Origin: a virus
Lineage: Duplodnaviria > Caudoviricetes
Length of the DNA stretch: 61,681 bases
Virus record (IMG/VR): IMGVR_UViG_3300027833_000050
Location: 1-61,681 of that record
Direction: 5' to 3' (one strand)
Below are positions 27,101 to 37,300 of this stretch, piece by piece; the first letter of the stretch is position 1, and the number at the start of each line of letters is the position of its first letter. Under the pieces are notes generated by a model, which saw nothing but the letters and a program-made list of their open reading frames with translations, was not told where the DNA came from and searched no databases. A program made the position numbers and the translations under genes.

Positions 27101-29612
27101 TCAAGAAATTATGCCTCTCACCACAGAAGAGTTTTTAGGTGAAGTTAGAACTGGAACAACAAGGCCTAGGCGTAGAGTTATAATGGGTCAGTTCAATCAA
27201 ACCTTTGAGCAGAGTTCTTTAACTAGTTCTATGAGTGAGTTCAACCAGCAAGTGGGTAACTTCATCACTGATATAAACATGAAGCCTTATCTAAGGAGAC
27301 AGGAAGTAAAAATTCTGGTAACTGGTTTAAGACCTAACACCAGACACTACTTCTTTTTCGACCAAAAGTCTGTTGATTCTCATGTCGCTCCAGGAACAAA
27401 TATATCATTTAGTACTAGTAATAGTTCCAGCTTAGATGTTAAGAATGTATCAGGTGCTTGGCATGAAGATAAAAATACTGCTGTTAGATCAGATGCTAAT
27501 GGTGTGCTGTCTGCGATATTTAACATTCCTGCAAGCACTTTCTTTGTCGGTGAAAATGTATTAGAAGTTGTCGATGTCGATACATACTCTTCTATAGATT
27601 CTGCATCAACATCTTATGGCAGAGCGAGCTACAGAGGGTATAACTTTGACATAAATAAGACTGATTTAAGCACTACAACCAGAACCGTTGACTTTGACAC
27701 TTCTGTCAGTATTATACAGAGACAAGTTGAAAGACAGGTTGGAGATCCAATTGCTCAAACATTTAAAGTGAAATCTTCTAGTACCGCTGGCGCTAATATC
27801 GCTATGCTTAGTGAAGTAGAAGTGTTCTTTAAGAAAAAGAGTAGCACTTTAGGCGTAACATTACAAATAAGAGAAGTTGAGAATGGATATCCATCTAAGA
27901 AGGTTTTACCATTCGCATCTAAACATCTGAATTCATCTCAAGTAGTTGTAGATTCTGTTGACGGAACTGAAAAGACTTCATTCGTCTTTGATAATCCTGT
28001 TAGATTGAATGCTAATAAAGAGTATGCGTTTGTAGTTATACCTGATGCGAACTCTCCAGATTATTTGATATGGACCTCTAAAGTTGGAGCAACATCTAAA
28101 TCAACAGGAAGCGTAGCTAGTACTGTTGCGGTAACTAATGATTGGGGTGATGGAGTATTGTTCACATCGACTAATGATAGTGCTTGGAAATCTTATCAAG
28201 ATGAAGACATTAAGTTTGTATTAAAGAGATATGACTTCAACTCAACCGGTAGCATAGACTTAGTTCCAAATGATATGGAATTTCTAACGATACGAGATAC
28301 AGCAAATTCATTCTTCGATGACGAATTAGCTTACATTAAGAAATCTACTTCTTACACAGCTACTATCTCTGGCACACAGCTAAATGTGATGACTATATCT
28401 GGCTCTACAATATTCGCTAATGGCGATTATGTATATCTCACAAATAATGCAGAAACAAAAGATATTGTTGCGAAGATTTTAAACTTAACCACAGACGCTA
28501 CCAGCACTATAGTAACATTAGACACTCCTTTCTTTGAAGCCACATCTTCAGCAAAGGCTCATGTATGTGTAGCTGGCAAAGTATCTTACTTTAATTCTAG
28601 TAAGGCTACTGAATTGCATCTGAAAGAAAGTTCTGCTACATCAACAAACTTCATCGATGATAATCCAGTCGATACTTTAGGAGGACTAACTGCTCAAGAG
28701 ACATACACTATTGTTAGTCAAGGTAATAATTCTAGTGCATTCACTGCTATTGGTGCATCTTCGTCAACACCTGGCACACAATTCGTAGCAACAGGTGCTG
28801 GTGCAGTAGCAACAGGTACAGCAAGACCAAACAGTCAAGTGATTAAAGGAATTGAGAGTGGAGCTAGTGCTAAAATTAGTAAAGTAAATAATGAGAAGAT
28901 ATCGTACTTTCAGCCTCAAATATACACAAGCAATACTATTAACACGGCAAGCGAGTTAAGTTTGTTTGATGGAAATTCTTTAGATAAGAATATTTCTAAA
29001 AACACTAATGTATATACTGTGAATAATATTAGAGATATTATAAGTAAGAGTCGAATAGTAGACTCTAGTGATTCGAGTAGCGAAGACTTCAAGATCAGAG
29101 TTTCTATGAGTAATAATAGCTACAGTGCTTCTACTCCAATTATAGATAAGTCTCTATCTGAAATCAACGCATATCAGTATAGAATCACAGACACACTTTC
29201 AACGACATCTTCTTGGATAGCGAAAGAAGTTGTACTTAAAGAGGGCCTCGAAGCGGATGGACTGAGAGTTATCTTATCAGCGTATAGACCTCCAGGCACA
29301 TTCGTAGATGTATATGCTAGATTTGTATATCCAGAAAATATAGAGACTAAGAGCGATTGGATAAAGTTAGCTATTGCTGATAATGATCTATACTCTAACA
29401 CCAGCAACACTAAAGACTATAGAGATTTTGAATACAATTTAGATGAGACAGTTTATCCTGATAACTATAGGACTTTTCAGATCAAGTTTGTTTTGAGACA
29501 CGGAACAACAGGAACAAGTGGTGAGTTAGATACTGCTGAGTTAAGTTCTATTACTCCAGATATCAATCTGTTCCCGCATATATTCGACTACAGAGCAATT
29601 GCGCTAACATGA
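24171..29612 (+). CDS. large virion structural protein (DUF4815/VrlC-like)
   Basis: NVDPYYDDFD..K.F.RVLFKP..AVQARELTQLQSILQ.Q, APGADR, LARRTYEESGNY, RFKNGIL.D, DPIAQTF, EDIKF, DYRAIAL. Confidence 0.85.
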   Translation: MGINTDLNVDPYYDDFDEAKQFNRVLFKPAKAVQARELTQLQSILQKQVERFGSNIYKEGTIISGINLTARQDLNYVKLNDQAGFNDPSIYDQVVGSDGTTTTFTVTGQTSGLKAEIIKGQGGFQTQDPDLKTFFVKYLNTTQDNATDVKEFLQGEVLQVKNSTDTLVADVTVATTTNHAGKSFGISCEEGVIYQKGHFIFVDNQFIIVTKYRNIPGQDATDTSVINPVSVGFTVKENLIDSDLDTTLLDNASGFNNENAPGADRLQLVPTLVSYSTSAEPTEFFALIRYSNGKPVRIRDVTQFNTVTTELARRTYEESGNYVTNGLRVTLEKEGNTAFAIVSPGKAYVRGQEVTNVSTTKLPISPISSTQSRTAQHTGVSYGQYFTYSSAQAAVVQDYNLDGTRYTLFQDTGGSTAIGSCSVANVTPGKIFVYAIQKNTGKESTPILRIGTTVLTGSGMLNEASAGSMIFDSGKSGMSSIANVSVVKRVKDTSINTASFTLTATATEKPLATDIVALDASDKTMTATASGSNNISVVLTTTGGVASAPTTVYYNVLQTNVSHDTLTEETGYVKTVYNATNGALLGIPNAIEIVSVQDKFGATGTTDVTSKFRLVRNQKDGFYDRSFLTLYSGESLTDNDLLIRFKYLKRTSTVGGGYLIANSYDNVTSKYLVHDYTTKDLIEHDLLNSYDFRPYATSNVDPSTGAGGAPTVNSSSPASLDITRGLTPANGATVSGDQTYYMSRIDSVALDEYSNIFLLKGGEDENPSLPFIGDNYAISHVSVPNNTADITGENKISVRSVANKNYTMEDIGEIEQKVDGLIDVVSLSLLEQDTASLEIRDGSGANRFKNGILADSIKDLNIADIRDPEFRAAIDKGRTVVTPAVKQFPVDLKVGSQTGANVAFPDVATIADTGTKVSIITQPYATNFRNCVSNFYSYEGKAIIDPPFNSGYDVTQNPAVNLEIDISGPMLDLVDNLQEIMPLTTEEFLGEVRTGTTRPRRRVIMGQFNQTFEQSSLTSSMSEFNQQVGNFITDINMKPYLRRQEVKILVTGLRPNTRHYFFFDQKSVDSHVAPGTNISFSTSNSSSLDVKNVSGAWHEDKNTAVRSDANGVLSAIFNIPASTFFVGENVLEVVDVDTYSSIDSASTSYGRASYRGYNFDINKTDLSTTTRTVDFDTSVSIIQRQVERQVGDPIAQTFKVKSSSTAGANIAMLSEVEVFFKKKSSTLGVTLQIREVENGYPSKKVLPFASKHLNSSQVVVDSVDGTEKTSFVFDNPVRLNANKEYAFVVIPDANSPDYLIWTSKVGATSKSTGSVASTVAVTNDWGDGVLFTSTNDSAWKSYQDEDIKFVLKRYDFNSTGSIDLVPNDMEFLTIRDTANSFFDDELAYIKKSTSYTATISGTQLNVMTISGSTIFANGDYVYLTNNAETKDIVAKILNLTTDATSTIVTLDTPFFEATSSAKAHVCVAGKVSYFNSSKATELHLKESSATSTNFIDDNPVDTLGGLTAQETYTIVSQGNNSSAFTAIGASSSTPGTQFVATGAGAVATGTARPNSQVIKGIESGASAKISKVNNEKISYFQPQIYTSNTINTASELSLFDGNSLDKNISKNTNVYTVNNIRDIISKSRIVDSSDSSSEDFKIRVSMSNNSYSASTPIIDKSLSEINAYQYRITDTLSTTSSWIAKEVVLKEGLEADGLRVILSAYRPPGTFVDVYARFVYPENIETKSDWIKLAIADNDLYSNTSNTKDYRDFEYNLDETVYPDNYRTFQIKFVLRHGTTGTSGELDTAELSSITPDINLFPHIFDYRAIALT

Positions 29613-29800
29613 TAACTAGAGCATCTTTAATAAGAAATAATTCTGGCATAGGCGCAGTAAGCGAAGATGTTTCAGGATATAATGATGCTCTCATTAGGAA
29701 AAAACGAGATAAATATATACAAGGGTTAGAGCAGAGGATAGTTAAACTAGAATCTGCTATGAATTTACTAGAGAAAACAGTCAAAGAGATAACGAAATGA
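29609..29800 (+). CDS. small coiled-coil hypothetical protein
   Basis: ATGA overlaps at both ends; heptad C-terminus. Confidence 0.75.
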   Translation: MITRASLIRNNSGIGAVSEDVSGYNDALIRKKRDKYIQGLEQRIVKLESAMNLLEKTVKEITK

Positions 29801-31332
29801 GCGTAACGATTACTGCACTTTCAAACACAGATACCTTTGGTACTTGGAAAGGAAAAACTAACGAACTAATTACAGTAGCAGGCAAAGCTGTAACTATGGG
29901 TGATGCCAATGCTGGCAACATAGCATTGAATGGCGATATTACTCTAGAAAGTGGACACACAATTACTGTAGATAATATTACTAAGGCTTCAGGCTCAACG
30001 ATCAATTTACTTAATCCTACAGAGATCACTGGAGACTTAACATTAGACTCTGGCGCTAGTGCTGTAAAACTTCAGTTTGATAGAGCCGGTACTAATAAGT
30101 ATGCAATAGAGACTGATGCCAGTCACAGTTACTTACAGATAAAGGATGCTACTACTTCTAACTATTTGCGGATAAGCGGAACTGCAATCACTACATCTGG
30201 ATTGATTATAGATGATGGCGCTTTACCAGCGGTAATCACAAAACGAATTACACATAATGGCACTAATGCTCAAACGGCATCAACATTCGGCACAGTCGAT
30301 ATCGGTGGTGGTACAGGCAGTGAGATAGATAATACTGTAATCGGTGTTAATGCTCCTGCTGAAGCGGCATTCAATAAAGTAACAATTAATGGTGGTACAT
30401 CTAGTGTTATAAACAATACTGATATAGGTACTACAACTCCTAAAGCTGGTACATTTACATCTATTGCAACATCAAGCAATGGACACATCACGCTAAATGG
30501 AGCGGGACAACTTAGAGGTGATGTAGCAAATACTAGCGGAACTACTATTGTTGATGTTTCTGCGGCAGAGTTTAAAGGCGATGCAACGGGTCTAACTCTG
30601 GCTGGAGTAACAGCCGTATTAAAAGCCGTCTATCCTATAGGTTCATTATACACTTCAACTACTAATGTGAATCCAAATGTCACTAGAGCAACTGATAATA
30701 CTGGTGGTTTAGGATTTGGTGAGTGGGTAAGATATGCAGAAGGAAGAACTCTAGTTGGACTAGATACTGGCGTAAGTATCACTTCCGGAAGTGCTAATGG
30801 TCCAGCAGGCACTGCGACATTCGTGTATGTCGGACAATATATTTTTTCTGTAGGCGAAGCAGTTAAATTTAGTGATGTTGGAGGTGCACCTAGTGGATCA
30901 CAAATCAGCTCCGCTATTAATTATGTCGTAACTGATATTGGTCCTACAGGCCAGGTAGTTACCGTTAATCTTACAGGCGGAACTCCAACAACGGGCAGTT
31001 ATAGTAGTTTAGGTTCAGCTAAAGTTCGTAGGGCACATTGCGATACTTTAGATGAAAAGGGTGGAAATTCATTCACTACATTGACTGAAGCCCAAATGCC
31101 TGCTCACGACCATAAGATTGATTCTTCTGCACTCTTTAGTACTGACGATGAACCTCAAAATCAAAGTCCAAATCGTATAGTTGGTGATCTCACAACAGGA
31201 GCTGTCTTAAACGAACATACTGGTACTGCTGAAATGCTTACAGAGCAATACTTAGAGACAAGAGGATCAAGTGCAGGTCACTCGAATCTTAATCCATATG
31301 TAACTGTCACAATTTGGAAAAGGACTGGATAG
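29797..31332 (+). CDS. tail fibre/baseplate protein with gp10/collar-like C-terminus
   Basis: N-terminal DTFGTWKGKTNEL; C-terminal VYPIGSLY..NP..GFGEW...EGRTLVG, LTEAQMPAH.H, H.NL.PY.TV.IWKR. Confidence 0.75.
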   Translation: MSVTITALSNTDTFGTWKGKTNELITVAGKAVTMGDANAGNIALNGDITLESGHTITVDNITKASGSTINLLNPTEITGDLTLDSGASAVKLQFDRAGTNKYAIETDASHSYLQIKDATTSNYLRISGTAITTSGLIIDDGALPAVITKRITHNGTNAQTASTFGTVDIGGGTGSEIDNTVIGVNAPAEAAFNKVTINGGTSSVINNTDIGTTTPKAGTFTSIATSSNGHITLNGAGQLRGDVANTSGTTIVDVSAAEFKGDATGLTLAGVTAVLKAVYPIGSLYTSTTNVNPNVTRATDNTGGLGFGEWVRYAEGRTLVGLDTGVSITSGSANGPAGTATFVYVGQYIFSVGEAVKFSDVGGAPSGSQISSAINYVVTDIGPTGQVVTVNLTGGTPTTGSYSSLGSAKVRRAHCDTLDEKGGNSFTTLTEAQMPAHDHKIDSSALFSTDDEPQNQSPNRIVGDLTTGAVLNEHTGTAEMLTEQYLETRGSSAGHSNLNPYVTVTIWKRTG

Positions 31333-31345
31333 TGCTACAAGCAAA

Positions 31346-31353
31346 TATAAATA
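31346..31353 (+). promoter_or_regulatory. T4-type late promoter
   Basis: TATAAATA 30 nt before the ATG at 31384. Confidence 0.8.
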
Positions 31354-31383
31354 CAAGTATAATAATATTTAAGGAAAGCTAGA

Positions 31384-34300
31384 ATGGCTAACAAGAAATT
31401 TTCAGACTTACCAGTATTAACTGCACTGGCCGATGGCGACATATTTGCTACCACTGCTTCCGCTGATTCCACATCTAAAAAGGTACTGGCCTCAAAAATA
31501 ACGGATTATGTACTTAGCGACACAAATATTGCTAGTAAATCAGCCACAATAATAACAAAGCTTAATGGCAGTAATGATGCTGTATCTAATGGACTAAAGG
31601 CACAGAAGCTTTACTATTTAAACGAGCATCGAGACGCAAGCTACTTTTTGACATATGCTAACCTAAACGGAAAGCCAACGATACCTACAGATACGGCTAC
31701 TTTCGGCACTGTCGCTGGATTCAACAACTCTGGCAACTTCGTATCTTTTGATAGCACTATCGTAAAAATGGCAGTGTCTGGCACAGGCGCTACTGCTCAA
31801 ACAATGACATCTGATTATGTGACTGAAGGCACGACTAACTTATTTTATACTAATACTAGAGTTGATGCAAGACAAGAACTAAATTTCGGTAACTTATTTA
31901 ACACATACAGTAGCTCTTTTGATAGCGGCACAGTGACGGAAAGTCTTCAAGATGTTGCTGGAACATTTCAAGCAGTAAGTAATGAACAGTCGAATATAAT
32001 TCGTATAAGCGACAAGACTTTAGAAGCTAACTTCTCAGCAGGACAACTACTGAGAGTATATGGCGCATCAGCTACTAGTTCTAATATAAGTGCTACACCT
32101 AGTATTGGCGGAAGTATCGGTCTTGTAGGATTCTCTTCTGGAACCACTTCGGGATATAAACAGTTTCAATACAAAGCCGCACTTTTTGATTTGCTCACTG
32201 GAGAAATAGGACCTTCATCTGCCGCTTTATCTGCAAATGTCGATCTTGCGGGATCAACTGATGATGTACTTACTAAATTTAACAGAGACACATTCTTATC
32301 TCTTACTATAACAGGAGCAGATGCTACACAGGGAGTACTAGTTTATAGACAAGTTGGTGGATCAGGTGGATATAAGTTAGTTGCTGTTCTAGGTCCAAAA
32401 GACTTGGCAGCAACATGGAAAGATTACTACACCTTTGATTATACTTCTTGGTCTGGTAAAAACGCTACAGATAACTCATACTCATCGATCACGCATTTTC
32501 CTCTGACTGCACCGTCTACAGCGCAGAGAGGATGGGTAGATGTTACTGTTGATTCCATACAAACCGGTGGCGCACACTTCGACTTGAATTTGGGAACAAC
32601 TTTTGTGTATGTTAATAGTGCGCCCAATGTTGAGATAGCGCACAATGACACTAACAAGATTAATGATGCTATCGTAACTAAATCTAGCCAAGGAAGAAAG
32701 GATGTTCAATTAAACGCTAAGACTTATAATGCATCTAACATCTCTGTGCCTAGTAACTTCGGACTAACTGGCACTTCAAACATAACTAAAATTAAAAAAT
32801 TGCCTTGGTCTAGCTATATATCTAGTACTCCAGATAACTCTCTGATACGCTCTGATTCACCAACTAATGCAACTTCTATATCTCTTGTAGGCATAGATTT
32901 AGACGGCAATCTTACTTCTCAGTTCTTGTTACTTGACTCAACAGATGCTACAGCAAACTATTTTGTAGATTTCGGAACAAATCCAAGTGCTATATTGATA
33001 GACAGGTGTAGAATTAAAAATGTTATTGGTGGAGGAGTATACGCAACAAGCCCGAACGAGTTCAAGATGACCACGAGCGAAATTGTTAATAGCGGCGTAA
33101 CTGACAGATATACATTCTCACCTCTAATTGCTGACAACGGCACGACTACTATCGTCACTAGTAATAGATTTGAAAATTATACTGACTCAGTTGATGTCTC
33201 AGTTACGTCAGAGGGTGTTATAGCAAATAATATCGTTAAGTCTTGTGGATCAGGAATATTCACATACGGATCAACATTCTTCTTGTCTTCTCCTAATGTC
33301 TTAATGGGTGCCGCAAACGAATTCTTGCCTAGTCCAGACATCTTAAACAGTGAATATGATTCAATTAATATAAATAGATCGCAGTTTGGAAGCACATCTC
33401 CATATAGTAGTGATCCGTTCACATATCAAGAAAACGGAGCTGACTTCAATATAAGTCGAACTAGCATATCGTCTCAGGCTGGTCAAATAGTTTATAGAAC
33501 TAATTTGATAAGAAAGCTTTCTAATGGAGCAGAAGAGATATATGGAAATGAAGTTGGACCTGGGGCAAAAGGAATCAATGGATTCCTATTTTCAACAGTT
33601 ACAGACGATGGTTTCGTAGATAATAATAGTGAAAGCTATCGAAGATATAGAATTACCGAAGTTGGTGATGTAAACTGGACTGCTATTGGTGCCGCTACAG
33701 CTACAGTCGGCACATCATTTGAATATAATGGCGTAAATGTTACAGGTACATCAGGTAAAGCGACTCCAGACGAGTTTGTTGGATATCCAAATCAAAATAC
33801 TGGCACTACTGGTACAGCTACGAAGATGATATTCATAAAAGATTTAGCTTCAGGAATGGACAGAACTAAAGGCCAATTCTCGTTTGAAATAAACGACACT
33901 AGTCCTACATCTGATCCTGCAGGAAGTTATAGTAATCTGAAGAGTGGTATTTACTCTCAAGGTAATCTTACAACTCTTTATGCCGCTCAATTAACTGCTG
34001 GAAATCATCCTGCTGGATCCCAGCATGTTGGTGTAGCATGGTCTGCTAGTTACAGATATTATGCCAGTGCAGGTGAAATCGCTGTAGCAGGCACTTGGAA
34101 TGTAAGTGGTGGAGACAGAGCAACAAATCCAGAGTATACTGTTAGAATCACTCCTGCGGTTTTAAGAGTGCCCTTAGCGACAGGTCATGTCGTTAGACTT
34201 GATGGCCATACTAGCTGGACTTCAGGAGGCACCAATCCTGTGGAAGGAGTTATAATAAATATTAATGCATCGAATGATGTTACTATCAAGTACTATGGCG

Positions 34301-34389
34301 CCACTAATAGTGGTAATACTAATGGTACAGCGACAGGAACAATAAATATAATTGATGACTTTGTGATGGCACAAGGCCTCATTAAATAG
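31384..34389 (+). CDS. tail fibre/spike-like protein with right-handed beta-helix (pectin-lyase-like) region
   Basis: MANKKFSDLP N-terminus, EGTTNLFYTNTRVD fibre motif, HNDT..IN.AI followed by DGN / IDRC.IKN..GGG / NNIV..CGSG beta-helix-like repeats. Confidence 0.65.
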   Translation: MANKKFSDLPVLTALADGDIFATTASADSTSKKVLASKITDYVLSDTNIASKSATIITKLNGSNDAVSNGLKAQKLYYLNEHRDASYFLTYANLNGKPTIPTDTATFGTVAGFNNSGNFVSFDSTIVKMAVSGTGATAQTMTSDYVTEGTTNLFYTNTRVDARQELNFGNLFNTYSSSFDSGTVTESLQDVAGTFQAVSNEQSNIIRISDKTLEANFSAGQLLRVYGASATSSNISATPSIGGSIGLVGFSSGTTSGYKQFQYKAALFDLLTGEIGPSSAALSANVDLAGSTDDVLTKFNRDTFLSLTITGADATQGVLVYRQVGGSGGYKLVAVLGPKDLAATWKDYYTFDYTSWSGKNATDNSYSSITHFPLTAPSTAQRGWVDVTVDSIQTGGAHFDLNLGTTFVYVNSAPNVEIAHNDTNKINDAIVTKSSQGRKDVQLNAKTYNASNISVPSNFGLTGTSNITKIKKLPWSSYISSTPDNSLIRSDSPTNATSISLVGIDLDGNLTSQFLLLDSTDATANYFVDFGTNPSAILIDRCRIKNVIGGGVYATSPNEFKMTTSEIVNSGVTDRYTFSPLIADNGTTTIVTSNRFENYTDSVDVSVTSEGVIANNIVKSCGSGIFTYGSTFFLSSPNVLMGAANEFLPSPDILNSEYDSININRSQFGSTSPYSSDPFTYQENGADFNISRTSISSQAGQIVYRTNLIRKLSNGAEEIYGNEVGPGAKGINGFLFSTVTDDGFVDNNSESYRRYRITEVGDVNWTAIGAATATVGTSFEYNGVNVTGTSGKATPDEFVGYPNQNTGTTGTATKMIFIKDLASGMDRTKGQFSFEINDTSPTSDPAGSYSNLKSGIYSQGNLTTLYAAQLTAGNHPAGSQHVGVAWSASYRYYASAGEIAVAGTWNVSGGDRATNPEYTVRITPAVLRVPLATGHVVRLDGHTSWTSGGTNPVEGVIININASNDVTIKYYGATNSGNTNGTATGTINIIDDFVMAQGLIK

Positions 34390-34398
34390 GGAAAACAA

Positions 34399-37300
34399 AT
34401 GTCAAGCATAACAAATGTAAATAGCAATTCAAGTGTAGTAAATGTAGGTAGAACTACTCCTGTATCGCCGGGACCACAGACTGCGGAAAAATCAATACCC
34501 GTTGTAATGGCATCTGATCAAACTGCAATTCCTGTAGTAGAGCAGAATAAGGTACAGTCAGAGGTAGCACTATCTCTTTTAGGTATTCCTAGAGCAGAAG
34601 TCGCTCTTGGTATTTTTGCTGATGTTAATACATATGATGTTAACCCCTCAGAATGGTCTATGAAGCCAGAATACCATATTGATGGTCATGGTGTAAAGCA
34701 TCTTCCTACAGAAGCTGGTGCTCTTGTAGAAGCTCCTAGAAATGAAACATCAGTATTGACTTCTAAGCGTTTCTTTAGATATCAGCCTGGTCGTGTATCA
34801 GCGGCTACATTTGGTATAAGAAGTTCAGTATCACTTGCAGACTTTGCTCAGAATCCAGCTATTCGTAAATATGGCATCTATGATAAGTACGATGGCTACT
34901 ATTGGGAAACTAGAAATAGTGGAGTCGATGATAACTTCTCTGTTGTTCGTAGAACTCAATCAGTTGCATATTCTCCAGTAACTCCATATGGCATAAAAGC
35001 TACTACTCTATTAAGAGGAAATAATAATACATCAAATACTACCGTTGCTACTACTCAAACAGACGACTACAGAGCAGTAGGCAATGGAGCAAGTGAGGCT
35101 TTGGTTAGTGAAGGCCTACTGTCTTCGGATAGACAGATCGTAATAGACAAGAAGTTTGATATTGTAGACAGTGCTTTAGCTGTTGCATATAAATCGTACT
35201 ATCAAGCTAGTTCTGCGAACTTCAACACTTATAACAATGGTGGAACAGGCACTGCAATTAGTCCTGTAGCGAATTCTGGTGATTTGGCAGCTACTGGCTT
35301 TGCCACTCAAAATGAATATAGATATTACACTGATCTGGCAGCCGCTATTAACGCTGACAATGGCGGAATTACTGATATTACAGCACTAGAAGTTAGGGCT
35401 AAGTGTAAGCGTGATTTAGATTACTGGATCGACAACTTCCTTCTTGACATGAAGCATGGCGGTAAAGCCCACACTGTTATCAACACATCTAACTTTGCCC
35501 TATCGAACGGTACTTCTGACTGGTACAGCATAAAGGTAGGCATATTTCCTAAGGTTAGTAGATTTGAAAAGCCTGTTCATCAGGCCCTTAAACTAATATT
35601 TAAAACCGGAAAACTTTTTCAAGACAGCGATACCACTGCGGGTACGGGCTCGGTAGGAGCTTTAGGAACACCTACTGGTACTGATCTTAACTTGTCTGCC
35701 GAAGCGATAGCGTTTGTTGGTGCTGACACTACTGGTCTGGCCGCAATAACACAGACTGCCTTCACAGATGACGATTTTTACGCTGGGCTCACTTCACCGA
35801 CTGCATTGGTCACGGCTGATTACGGTACTGGTGTAAATGCTAAAAGTAAGTTAGACACCTTTTTTGATGTCAAAATGAATTTCTGGGCATATTGGGTAAC
35901 AACCAAAACTGCGACAGGCGTAAGGGCATATGATGCCGCTACACAAATTCAATATTCTATTCCAGCTGGTGGTCTTAGTTCCTTAGCCGCATTAGGATAT
36001 ACTAACAATGCCGCAGGTCAAGCAAAACTAAAAGCTTATCTGAAATACAAGTGCCAGCGTGATGTCGGATACATCATCGATGGATATAAGAACGATATTT
36101 TGGGTGGCGGTAATGCAGAGACAATATATAACGCTTCAATGTTTTTAAGAGGAACAGGACTATCTGTATATTCTCAGCAAGGCGGTGGTAGTAATAATGA
36201 TGGAAACATAAGCGAACCAGAAAGACACGCACACTTAAAAACAAGAATACAAAACGATCTCAAGACATTTGGCTTTGCCGATTCAACTAGCGAATATGTT
36301 AAATTGACATCTCTTGCAGATCATGTTATAGCAAACTTTGATGTAGAAAAATCTACTGCAATGTCTGTCGGTGATCGAGGATTCGCTGGTAACCTAGTTG
36401 CTCTTCGTGATGGATTAATACACACTCATGCGGCTGTATATGATCCCTCTCTACTAAAACCAGCTAAGAAAATAATTGCTAGAGTGACTTCAGGTACCGT
36501 TGACGGCACAGATCCTTGTGTCTTTAAGCTAACAGAAGGTTATGTAACCTTTGGTCAACACATCAAGATTCACTGGACAGGTAATGGAACAGTGTTAGAC
36601 ACAGACACTAGAAATGGAGAAGTCTTGACTGTCACTAGTGTTTTTGGTCCTAAAGGATGTGAGTTTACAGCAAAAGATGCAGTGACAGGTGTGGCTGTAA
36701 CACCCACTCAGAATCAAATTAATTCAGCTAGTATCGGAACTATTAGTATAACTACGGTTGTTCCTTTTATATTCCCTAAAGATTATAATGTCGTTAGTAG
36801 TGATGCAACGACTCTCAATAACTTTGCATCAAAAATAGATGTTAAGCCTAGTAAAGTTAATAACAAGGGGGCTTTGGTAGACGGAACTGATGCGAGAGAG
36901 TTTAGAACATATTCGGCATCGTTTGATACTGGTTTAATACCTAAAGGTCCAGTATTCCCATATATGTATTCTGCTGGTGACGACTTAAATGCTACAGCAA
37001 ACTTCTATGAAGACGAGAAATATGTAGGATTCATCAATACAGCTTTAAACCCTTCAATTACTGGTGAGGGCGGCACAGCGGCTTCAAATGTAGACACTAT
37101 TAGGTCACAGATTGACAATGTAAACTTTTTCCCAGAATATATTAACTGGATTAAAAACAATGTTGATCCTAAATATTACGGAGTTTACGAGTATCGTGTA
37201 CCTCGCTCAAGATTTAGCCACGATGCCCTTGACGGCATTGCTGGATTAACTACAGACAATCCCAAGACTGCTATCAATCCTGGTAGAAGAAATAGAGTAT